Positions 31,801-38,956 of a DNA stretch of 41,930 bases are shown here, one piece after another (positions within the stretch are counted from its first letter, which is position 1; each line of letters starts with the position of its first letter). The translations under genes were made by a program, and so were the position numbers. This DNA is from a virus. Below the pieces are notes generated by a model that ran no database searches, had not been told where the DNA came from, and saw only the letters and a list, made by a program, of their open reading frames with translations. The stretch is from IMG/VR virus record IMGVR_UViG_3300029231_000022, positions 1 through 41,930 of that record. The stretch is one strand, 5' to 3'.

Positions 31801-34800
31801 ATCCAGCTTTCTCACGCGAGCGCGGTATTCGTTCTTAAAGCGCGTGGACTTCGCCTGCTGCGTGTGTACCGGCTCAAAGATCGTCTCGTTGATCCTCTTC
31901 GCGTCCGCCGCCGGGAACACGTCCTCCACGTTCCGCTCCGCCGTCTCGCGGTCATACCGAAATCCCGGCGCAAGCCCCTTCTTGTCCTTCGCCTGTTCGC
32001 TGTTTGTAAGCAAAGGACGCACCTGCTCGCGGTAGTCCTCCTTCACGCCCCTGCGCCACCGGGCGATCTGCGCCGTGAGCGCGGCATAGTCTGCCTTTGC
32101 CTCGTACACGTTCAGAATGCTCTTCGCGTTCTTCCTGTCCTGAATGTCCTCCGGCGCAAGCTCTCCGCGCAGCAGCCGGTCCAGTATCCGCTCGTCCTCG
32201 TCCGTCAGCAGATTCTTGCTCTGCACCCGCTCATAGGCGCGTCTGGCTTCCCTCTGCCGCTTGTAGAGTTCTTCTACCTCCGCCTGCGACTTCGGCGCTT
32301 CCTGCGCCAGCTTCGTCCGCTCGCGGCTCTCTGCCCACGCTCTGGCGGTGCGCAGCGAGGCTTTCATGTCCTCCACGGCAGCCTCAAAGTCATGCCTTGC
32401 CCACCGCTTATAGTCCCCGCCGTCGCCCTTGTGCGCCTCGTCCAGCGTCTGCTTCGTGATCTGGATCTTATCCGCCACCTCGATCATGCGCATCAGCTGA
32501 TCCGCCGGGTTCATGATCGCCTCCGGGAACAGCCCCGGCGCTTCGTCGTGGAGCTCTCCGTACAGCGTGTCGATGCCGATGCCCTCGTTGTTGAGTAAGA
32601 TCTTCCCGCGCACCGCCCGCCGGAACTGCTCAAGGTCTGCAAACTCCGCCCGCACCTCCGGCGTCACCCGGATGCCCGTCTTGAGCAGCTTGTCGCGGAT
32701 GTGCTTGAAGTCGTGGAAGAACTCGTAGTTTACCTCAATGCCCTCGTCGTAGGCTTTGTCAAACGCTCGGTCGATGTCATTTTGCGCGATCTTGCCGGTT
32801 TTCAGGAACTCTTTCATCAGTTCTTGCAGCGCAGGTTTTACGATTCGCTGCTGTTCGTTGTACGGGACGCTCATTGCCCGTCCCGCCTGCCGCACCGCGC
32901 TGTTCACCGCCTGATCCACAAACGCCCGCGCCTTCCCCGGCAGCTTGTCGTAGCTGTACACCTTCGGCTTCTCTCCCGTCTCCGAAGCCTCCCCTTGGTG
33001 ACCAAGGGGAGGTGGCGCGGAGCGACGGAGGGGATCAGAACTACCCCCGTTCTGCTCTTCCGCCACGTTTGCTTCCGCGTTTGCATCCCGCGTCTCCGGC
33101 GATAGCTTTGCAGTCAGTCTCCCTGAATCGTCCAGCCTTACGACGTCAGAAAATTTTTCGCCGCGCAGGTTGACACTTCTGCCCTTGTAGGATATACTAC
33201 CGATATAACCGTTGCGCAGAAGCTCTCGGGACGCTATTGTAAGCCCGAATTGGCGAAGAAGCGCAGCGGTTCTTTTTTTGTCCGCATACAGTACCTCGCT
33301 CGCCTGCACGAACGCAGCCGGGTTTTTCTTCGTAAACGCCGTGTTCACCTTCTGCATATCGTCAAGCTGGAATCCGTTTTCCTGCGGTCTCAGATCCAGC
33401 ACCGTCAGAATTGGCTTTTCATTTTGCGCTTTCAGCGAACCGAAAATCACCAATCTGCTATTGTCGTTTCCGCGAGCATTCGTCCCTTTGCTTTTCAAGA
33501 TCATCACAGGATCGTCCAGAATTTCCGGGATTCGTTCGATCTCGCGCAGCGTCATTTCCGGGTGCTCCGCCAGAATGGTGCGGATTTTCTCGCCGTTCAT
33601 GTAGATGTCGCTTTCGATCGCGCCCAGCCCTTGCAGCACATCGCCCGTCGTGCCCAGCGTAAAAGAAGCATCCGACGGCATCCCGTCTCCCGCCCACTCC
33701 TTCAATTTTTCTGCATACGCAGCATCGACGCTGTACGCCTCCGGCGGACCTCTGGTCTGTGCCGGTTTTTTTGCGCTCTGGCTCGCGTTGCTGTCTGCGG
33801 CGGCTCTGACGCTGCTCTGGAGCTTGTCCGCGCCCAAGCCCATGCGGTTGATACCCGCGTAGGCGTCGCACACGATCTCGTCCAGATACGCGCTCAGATC
33901 CTCGCCTGTGTAGCAGCCCTCGTAGGCCTCGCAGTATTTCCGCGCCAGCTTATCCCGCTGCTCCCGCGAAAGCCCCAGCGCGTCGATCAGGCGCTCCCGC
34001 AGCCCCGGTTCTGCTTCCAGCCGCAGGTGCATCGCCTCGTGCTCGGCGGTCTTGATAACGCCGTCCTTCGCGTCAATGTTGATCCATACGGTCGTTCCCT
34101 GTGCAACACCCTGTACGCTCATCTCTCTGCCGCCTGCGGTCCTGATCCTGATCGACCCGCTCACAAGACGCACGTCGTCCGCGCCGGCATCTGTAAGGAT
34201 TTGCTTTGCCTGCTTGAGGGCGGGATATTCCTGCACCATCGCGTCCGGCACGCGGTAGAACATTTTCTGCTCCGAGCCGTTTTCGATCCCGTCCGCCTTT
34301 GGGCTTAACCGTTCCGCTTTCGCAGTGCCGAGGACACTTTGGATTCTAAGGCTTTCCTTGACGCCGAATCCGCCTGCGGATTCTTTCTCTGCTCCTCCTG
34401 CTCCTCTGCCCACGCGTCCAGACGGCTCATCGGAATCCATACCTGCATCCCGTTCGCCGCCGTTACCAATACCCGCTGTTCCATTTTCTTCTCCTTTCCG
34501 CCTGCCTTCCTTGTAGGCTTCCTGCAATACCTCGTCCGCAATGCCCCTCTGAGAATCCTCCCGCTTGAATTTCCAGCCGAACCGTCCCTTCCCGTAGGCG
34601 ACACGCACCGCCTCTGCATACGTCGGGATGTCCATCTGCACGCGGTCGTTTGCATCAAAATACCCGGAGATAAAATATTGCGTCATCGCAAAGCCGTATT
34701 CGCGCTGCTTTGCGATCCGCTCCAGCTCCGCCGCGTCCTGCTCCTCTGCCGCTCTCCTTGCCGCAAGCTCGGCGGCGCTCTCCTGCGCCTGTGCGGACTG

Positions 34801-37512
34801 CTCTGTCTCGCGCAGCTCCTTGTCGGATAGGGTCTGTGTCTCGCGTCCCATCTCCTTCTGCTGCCGCTCGTTCTCCAGCCGCGCCCGCGCAACGCTCGCC
34901 ACGTCCTGCATATCCCGCTCCTTCGCTTCCAGATACGCCTCGTCCTGCGCGATCTGCTCCCGCAGCTCCCGCACCCGCGCATTTATGGCTTCCCCTCGGG
35001 GGGAAGCTGTCGCCGTAGGCGACTGATGAGGGGAAGGCTCGTTATTTCTGACCTGCTGTGCGTTTGCTCCTTCCAGCCCCCGCAGCTCCGCCGTCCGCGC
35101 ATCGTACTCCTTTAGCCGCGCCTTATACTCGCGCAGCGTGTCTCCGACCTTCCCGAACAGCTTGTCGCCCTTCACGCGCCCGCGTACATCCTCCTGCCCC
35201 GCCTGCCGCAAGACCGTCCGCACCTCCGGCTCACCGTTCGCACCCACGGTTTCCTGCGCACCTGTAGGGGCGGACGCCTCTGTCCGCCCGGCGTTCTCCG
35301 TTCCGACCTGCCGCGCGTTTGCACTCTCCAAAGCCTCCCCTTGGTGACCAAGGTAGCGAAGCGGCGGCGCGGTGTTATCAGACAGCCCGGTGGGCTGTCT
35401 GTCCCGCGCCGTGACCGAGCCGTAGCGAGACGGTGGCGCGGAGCGCCGGAAGGGATCAGAACTACCCCCGTTCTGAGCTGCCGCCACGTCTGCCTCCAGC
35501 TCCATATTGTCCGGCAGCCCGTCCCCGTCCTCGTCGATCACGTCCATATTGGACGGAATGTCGTCCTCCACGTCCATATTCTCCGGCAAATCTGCCGGGC
35601 GCTGCACGCCGATTGTCGGCACGGTATCCCCTGCCTTCCCCTCGGGGGGAAGGTGGCGCGAAGCGCCGGATGAGGGGAAGGCTTCCCCGCTTGCAGCCGT
35701 TGCCGCGTTTCCTCCCGTCACCGGCGTATTCGGCGTATCGCTCGCGCCGGTACGGAACGCGTCCTCGATCTCGCTCGTCAGCAGCCGCACCGTCTGTGCG
35801 CCTACGCCCGACGTGCCCGCCGCTGCCGCAGCAGTGCCCGTATCGCCCGCGAGCATGATGTTGATATTCCCGATGGCAACGTCCAAGCCCTTCTGGATGT
35901 CGTTCACGAACTCCTGCTGTCCGGCGTAGTAGGTGCTTCCCACCTCCGCCTTTAGTTCCTTCACATGCGTCCGCAGGTCACGCAGCGCCTGCTCATATTC
36001 CTCCTGCGTCGCATACTGCCTGCCGTTCATGTGGTTCTGGATGGCGTCAAACTCCTGCGTGATCTGGTCATACTTTGCCTTGACCTGCTCGCTCGCCGCC
36101 TTCGTGCTCCGCATGGCGCTCAGGTAGCCGTCCACCATCGCGAATGCAAACGACATTCCAAGCTCCGTGGCGATCTCTTCCTTCGTCATCTTCCGCCCGG
36201 ACGCCACGGCACTCACCCCGGTGTTCGCCGCCGAGAACGTCGCCGATGCCGCCGTCTGCCGCAGATACTCCTTGAACGGCGTCATCATCTGCTTGTCCGT
36301 CAGCAGCTTCGCAACGCCCGACGATACCAGCCCCGACGCAATCGACCCCGCCGCGCCGCCTGCCGCGCTGGCAAGCGTGCGCTGCGCGAATTGCCCGCCG
36401 GTCATCTCGCCCGTGGCAAGACCGCCCGCGCTCTGGATCGCCTCCCGCGCCGCAAACGAAAGCGCCGTCTGTCCTGCGGAAATTGCCGCCTGTCCCAGCT
36501 TTGTTGCGCCCAGCGCCGTCTTTGCAAGCGCACCCGCCGCAGGGTTGAGTGCCCCCTGCGTCAGCAGTGCCGTGCCCGCTCCAATGCCGACCTTGGTCGC
36601 CCAGGTAATACCCGGCTCTGCCGCCTGCGCCTGCTTTCCCGCCTGCTCCGAGCTTTGCAGCGTCTTGATGCCCGTCTCATCTCCTGCCGCCGCAGCGCGC
36701 AGCTTCGCCATGGATAAAAGCCCCGTGGATTCCACCGCCGCCGACCGAAACGCCGTGCTCTTCGGATGCAGCCGCGCGTAAAGCTGGTCGTAGATTGCGA
36801 CCTGCCGGGTGTATTCCTCGTTGTCTCCGCGCATATACGCGTCCCACGCCGGGGCGTAGTCCGACGGATTGTACGCGTTGCCGGTCAGGTTCTGCACCTG
36901 CGCCGCCTTCAGCAGCGCCTTTGCTGCCTTCTTCTCGTCCTCGCCCCACTGCATCCTGCTCAACATCTCGCCGCGCTTGGCAATGCCCTCCGTGTCCGTG
37001 GGCGTCTGTGCCAGCACCTTCTTGAAAAGATCGTCCGCCCAGTGCCCCTGCCACTTCTTCATTGCCGCGTCGCTGCCGTGGTCGCCGTAGTCGATCGCCG
37101 GCGCTTCTTCCTTGGGCGTCGTATCCTGCCGGTATCTTCCCAGCGCCCCCATAGTCGGCGTGTCCAGCGAATAAGCCGGCTTTCCCGCCGTCATCCCGCG
37201 CATCGCCCTGTACCGCTGCTGCGTGATGCTGTCCACCGCCGCCTTGTACTGCTCAAACGTCACCCCGCCCTGCGCCTTGTACCGCTCCTGCGTCAGACTG
37301 TCCGAGCCTGCCTCCCCTTGGTGACCAAGGGGAGGTGGCGCGGAGCGCCGGAGGGGATCAGAACTATCCCCTCTCCGAGTTGTTGCCACGTTCGCCGCCG
37401 GCGCGGCAGCCGCCCCGCTCTTTCGATAGCTGCCGCTCTGCTTATACTCCGTCCATTTCCCCGTCCGGCGCTCCTGCTCCTGCTGTTTTTTATACTCGCT
37501 CCATGCTCCCAT
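28900..37512 (-). CDS. Giant 2870-aa virion-block protein (multidomain; possible polyvalent/ejection protein)
   Basis: Single uninterrupted ORF. Gly/Ala-rich hydrophobic stretch at aa ~300-440. HEAMH (HExxH) at nt 34027-34041. Six in-frame repeat-element insertions. Confidence 0.85.
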   Translation of the reverse strand: MGAWSEYKKQQEQERRTGKWTEYKQSGSYRKSGAAAAPAANVATTRRGDSSDPLRRSAPPPLGHQGEAGSDSLTQERYKAQGGVTFEQYKAAVDSITQQRYRAMRGMTAGKPAYSLDTPTMGALGRYRQDTTPKEEAPAIDYGDHGSDAAMKKWQGHWADDLFKKVLAQTPTDTEGIAKRGEMLSRMQWGEDEKKAAKALLKAAQVQNLTGNAYNPSDYAPAWDAYMRGDNEEYTRQVAIYDQLYARLHPKSTAFRSAAVESTGLLSMAKLRAAAAGDETGIKTLQSSEQAGKQAQAAEPGITWATKVGIGAGTALLTQGALNPAAGALAKTALGATKLGQAAISAGQTALSFAAREAIQSAGGLATGEMTGGQFAQRTLASAAGGAAGSIASGLVSSGVAKLLTDKQMMTPFKEYLRQTAASATFSAANTGVSAVASGRKMTKEEIATELGMSFAFAMVDGYLSAMRSTKAASEQVKAKYDQITQEFDAIQNHMNGRQYATQEEYEQALRDLRTHVKELKAEVGSTYYAGQQEFVNDIQKGLDVAIGNINIMLAGDTGTAAAAAGTSGVGAQTVRLLTSEIEDAFRTGASDTPNTPVTGGNAATAASGEAFPSSGASRHLPPEGKAGDTVPTIGVQRPADLPENMDVEDDIPSNMDVIDEDGDGLPDNMELEADVAAAQNGGSSDPFRRSAPPSRYGSVTARDRQPTGLSDNTAPPLRYLGHQGEALESANARQVGTENAGRTEASAPTGAQETVGANGEPEVRTVLRQAGQEDVRGRVKGDKLFGKVGDTLREYKARLKEYDARTAELRGLEGANAQQVRNNEPSPHQSPTATASPRGEAINARVRELREQIAQDEAYLEAKERDMQDVASVARARLENERQQKEMGRETQTLSDKELRETEQSAQAQESAAELAARRAAEEQDAAELERIAKQREYGFAMTQYFISGYFDANDRVQMDIPTYAEAVRVAYGKGRFGWKFKREDSQRGIADEVLQEAYKEGRRKGEENGTAGIGNGGERDAGMDSDEPSGRVGRGAGGAEKESAGGFGVKESLRIQSVLGTAKAERLSPKADGIENGSEQKMFYRVPDAMVQEYPALKQAKQILTDAGADDVRLVSGSIRIRTAGGREMSVQGVAQGTTVWINIDAKDGVIKTAEHEAMHLRLEAEPGLRERLIDALGLSREQRDKLARKYCEAYEGCYTGEDLSAYLDEIVCDAYAGINRMGLGADKLQSSVRAAADSNASQSAKKPAQTRGPPEAYSVDAAYAEKLKEWAGDGMPSDASFTLGTTGDVLQGLGAIESDIYMNGEKIRTILAEHPEMTLREIERIPEILDDPVMILKSKGTNARGNDNSRLVIFGSLKAQNEKPILTVLDLRPQENGFQLDDMQKVNTAFTKKNPAAFVQASEVLYADKKRTAALLRQFGLTIASRELLRNGYIGSISYKGRSVNLRGEKFSDVVRLDDSGRLTAKLSPETRDANAEANVAEEQNGGSSDPLRRSAPPPLGHQGEASETGEKPKVYSYDKLPGKARAFVDQAVNSAVRQAGRAMSVPYNEQQRIVKPALQELMKEFLKTGKIAQNDIDRAFDKAYDEGIEVNYEFFHDFKHIRDKLLKTGIRVTPEVRAEFADLEQFRRAVRGKILLNNEGIGIDTLYGELHDEAPGLFPEAIMNPADQLMRMIEVADKIQITKQTLDEAHKGDGGDYKRWARHDFEAAVEDMKASLRTARAWAESRERTKLAQEAPKSQAEVEELYKRQREARRAYERVQSKNLLTDEDERILDRLLRGELAPEDIQDRKNAKSILNVYEAKADYAALTAQIARWRRGVKEDYREQVRPLLTNSEQAKDKKGLAPGFRYDRETAERNVEDVFPAADAKRINETIFEPVHTQQAKSTRFKNEYRARVRKLDLSRKVKAGDVVSEAHAVQLYGEAMDNIRQLTKRPMDAKRDGKTLAEWEAVVRELWEKNPGIRKEKVERAVGEFRRIYDELFTQMNDVRVRNGYEPIDYRKGYFPHFQPGQTDGVLAVMGKALGIKADVTALPTTINGLTHTFKPGITWFGNAQERLGFNTAYDAVEGFDKYIEGAADIVFQTDNIQRLRAFASEVRYRTSNEGVRERVDAIRADDSISEQDKELRIKDLYENAKFELSGFAAWLDEYTNLLANKKSKLDRGVESVLGRGFYNAMSWLESRAAANMVAMNPGSWLTNFIPLTQAWGYVSTGDMVQAMGQTLAAMKNDDGFWERSAFLTNRRGSDPLVRTWQGNLSAKLSMPMEWIDTFTADTIVRARYNQNLRRGMLEEDAMREADRFAANIMADRSKGATPTMFQSRNPFVKLFTQFQLEVNNQFSNIFKDLPREMRKRSLQALAWALFKMFFSAWAYNELYEKVVGRRAALDPIDMTNELVGDATGYKLNNVLDVAFGSEAGFIHEGKPAGFGNTVTNFLTSTAEELPMAGGVLGGGRVPFSSALPDVSAIWKVATNKELDSETKNAKLWEEVRDPLLYLGLPFGGGQIRKVAQGIYAVAKGGKFYRNNKGELQMQYPVFTDEGVMTVLRDVQAGVFGRNATKEARDWVQGGFSKLSTKETNAYLAMSAADVKQREAWKLIQAMKDVDVPEGVSKKAAKLEALRDYDISDEAKALYYYNVIASDTERAQLDAYMDLDEELADEKVQSAINNAEATAISEEEQAAKEARAKRDRASKANYAQMYRKIRDLKLDGYEPIYKSQLKALKEQEGLSDSDARKEIQKGVIAEVKEAFQSGSIDEKMATRILSKNLNESEDDTYWMLEEWKGGPDYSKYGKLTDAMEQNTDAKETVQYYLSHGVQKRDISSQITRYFKPLYKAAETRQEKNEIARQANVFYRAAGYMEKWNDMMKWDKEDS
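32985..33090. repeat. Palindromic mini-element, in-frame in the giant ORF
   Basis: CCTCCCCTT-GGTGACC-AAGGGGAGG at 32988-33012, plus the B and C modules and tail. Flanked by CGTCTCCG at 32977-32984 and 33091-33098. Confidence 0.85.
34988..35067. repeat. Palindromic mini-element (TCGG-loop type), in-frame in the giant ORF
   Basis: GCTTCCCC-TCGG-GGGGAAGC, T, GTCGCC-GTA-GGCGAC, then TGATGAGGGGAAGG. Confidence 0.85.
35262..35322. repeat. GGGCGGAC-GCCTCT-GTCCGCCC hairpin module, in-frame in the giant ORF
   Basis: Same 22-nt hairpin as at 3078 and 16255. Tail is ...CCGCGCGTTTGC. Confidence 0.8.
35332..35494. repeat. GGTGACC-type element interrupted by a 78-nt nested hairpin insert
   Basis: The A hairpin is truncated after AAGG (35353). 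Insert 35354-35431 contains GGCGCGG..AGACAGCCC-GGT-GGGCTGTCT..CCGCGCC. The element resumes at GGTGGCGCGGAGCGCC. Confidence 0.8.
35633..35712. repeat. Palindromic mini-element (TCGG-loop type), in-frame in the giant ORF
   Basis: CCTTCCCC-TCGG-GGGGAAGG, T, GGCGC-GAA-GCGCC, then GGATGAGGGGAAGGCTTCCCC. Confidence 0.85.
37308..37396. repeat. Palindromic mini-element near the giant ORF N-terminus (aa ~38-68)
   Basis: Three clean hairpins: CCTCCCCTT/AAGGGGAGG, GGCGC/GCGCC and GAGGGGA-TCAGAACTA-TCCCCTC. Confidence 0.85.
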
Positions 37513-37525
37513 GCTCTTCTCCTTC

Positions 37526-38611
37526 TCAGTACTTCGGCAGCGTGTACCCGTGGTTGTTCAGAATGCCCGCCACCGTGTTCCACTGCTTGCGCGATAGCTT
37601 GCTCTCGTACTTTGACATGATCTGGTCCACCGTCTGCGCATCGCCCTTCGCCGCATTCTGCTTGACCGCATACAGCATATTGTCAAACATCGTCTTGCTC
37701 AGACCTGCGCCAAACTCCGTCCACGCCGAATCGCTGCCGCTCCCGGAGCTCTTGCCGCCCCCCGATCCGCCCGCCGCCTTCTGCGCTGCTGCATAATAGC
37801 TCTGCTCATCCTGCTGCTTTTGCAGCCAATAGCTCCGCTCCGCCGCCCAGCGGTTGTAATCGTCCTGCGCCGCCGCCTGCGCCGCAGACTGTGCCAGCGA
37901 CAGCTCGTTAAAGTAATCGCTCATCTGGTCGCGGTACTTGCTGTAGTCCTGCTGCTCGCGGTCGTTGAGCATTCCCCACTGGTCAAGCATCCTTGCGCCC
38001 TCGTCGCTGTACTGCTGATACGCCTGCCCGTACAGCTCCGGCACAACGTCATTGAGGCTCTGGAGATACGCGTCATACGTCTGCTGCCCCACGCTCTGCC
38101 CGTAGCTCGACCCGTACCCGCCCGTCAGGGCGGCAGCCTGCCCCATCGTGTCCATCATCGCCGTCCTGCCGAGATTCTGATACTGCATCTTGTACTGCTG
38201 ATACATCGGGTCATCGTACACGTCGTACTTGAATTTCTCGCGGTTTGTGATCTTGTCATACAGCGCGTCCAGCTCCGCGCCCCACTTCGATTCATACGCC
38301 CCCGGCTTCGACCCCTGCACGCCCGCGAGATAGCTCTGCGCCGCCCGCACCGCCGACGACGGCGTGTACCCGCTCTCCAATCTGGATAGCCTTTCCGTCG
38401 TCTGTGAGCTTGCGCCCGGAATGCCGCTTCTGGTGTCGTACCCGCCGCCGTAGTTGTGGATCGTCTGCTGCTTGTTTACGAGCCTTGACGTGTACCTCCC
38501 GTTCTCGCCCACGCCTGTGATCTCATAGGTGCCGCCCCCGGTCACAACACGGTCGCCCGTCGTCAAACCCGCAGGCGCTTGCCCGCCCTTCTCAACTCTG
38601 TAAATGCCCAC
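37526..38611 (-). CDS. Virion-block hypothetical protein (361 aa), Q/Y-rich
   Basis: GTG start (MGIYRVEKGG...). Lies 14 nt upstream of the giant ORF. Confidence 0.65.
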   Translation of the reverse strand: MGIYRVEKGGQAPAGLTTGDRVVTGGGTYEITGVGENGRYTSRLVNKQQTIHNYGGGYDTRSGIPGASSQTTERLSRLESGYTPSSAVRAAQSYLAGVQGSKPGAYESKWGAELDALYDKITNREKFKYDVYDDPMYQQYKMQYQNLGRTAMMDTMGQAAALTGGYGSSYGQSVGQQTYDAYLQSLNDVVPELYGQAYQQYSDEGARMLDQWGMLNDREQQDYSKYRDQMSDYFNELSLAQSAAQAAAQDDYNRWAAERSYWLQKQQDEQSYYAAAQKAAGGSGGGKSSGSGSDSAWTEFGAGLSKTMFDNMLYAVKQNAAKGDAQTVDQIMSKYESKLSRKQWNTVAGILNNHGYTLPKY

Positions 38612-38614
38612 GTT

Positions 38615-38947
38615 TTAGCCCCCTTTTCTGGTTTCTGCGCTTGGCTCTCCCTTTGGGAGAGCTGTCGCCGTAGGCGACTGAGAGGGTTCACCCTCCGCCC
38701 CCCTTGCCTTCCCCTCGGGGGGAAGGTGGCGCGAAGCGCCGGATGAGGGGAAGGGCTGTGCGCTCTGCTCTGTCTGCACGTTCACTTCCGCGTTTTCGCC
38801 CTCCCGCAGTTCCCGCTCCACGACCGTCAGCAGCTCCGCCCGCAGTTCCCGCAGGCACTGCTCCGCCGCCAGCGGCGGCAGGGCGGAATCGTTGATCGCC
38901 TGCACAATATCGTCCCGCAGCTTAAAATACCGTTTCGTAAAATTCAT
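38615..38947 (-). CDS. 110-aa protein whose C-terminal half is repeat-element encoded
   Basis: The N-terminal ~55 aa look ordinary (MNFTKRYFKLRDDIVQAINDS...). Residues ~50-110 map onto the modules at 38643-38800. Confidence 0.55.
   Translation of the reverse strand: MNFTKRYFKLRDDIVQAINDSALPPLAAEQCLRELRAELLTVVERELREGENAEVNVQTEQSAQPFPSSGASRHLPPEGKARGAEGEPSQSPTATALPKGEPSAETRKGG
38643..38800. repeat. Two tandem palindromic mini-elements inside the 3' half of 38615..38947
   Basis: GCTCTCC-CTTTG-GGAGAGC with GTCGCC-GTA-GGCGAC. Then CCTTCCCC-TCGG-GGGGAAGG with GGCGC-GAA-GCGCC and a tail. Confidence 0.85.
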
Positions 38948-38956
38948 TCCGTCCTC

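Noticed and set aside
34986-35040. Hammerhead-ribozyme-like core: GCGAC-TGATGAG-GGGAAGG next to two hairpins.
   Set aside because: No GAAA strand, no three-way junction and no cleavage-site context can be drawn on either strand. Most other copies have GGATGAG or TGAGGGG instead of CTGATGA. I could also not fit twister or HDV-like folds by eye. This needs a covariance-model search.
28900-37512. The giant ORF as a tape measure protein, or as an N4/crAss-like virion RNA polymerase that would read the hairpin elements as promoters.
   Set aside because: There are no adjacent tube or chaperone genes, and the implied tail length is implausible. I could not find T7-like motifs or a credible double-psi-barrel DxDGD context. 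The only DEDGD (nt 35509-35541) lies in an acidic low-complexity linker. This remains open pending profile searches.
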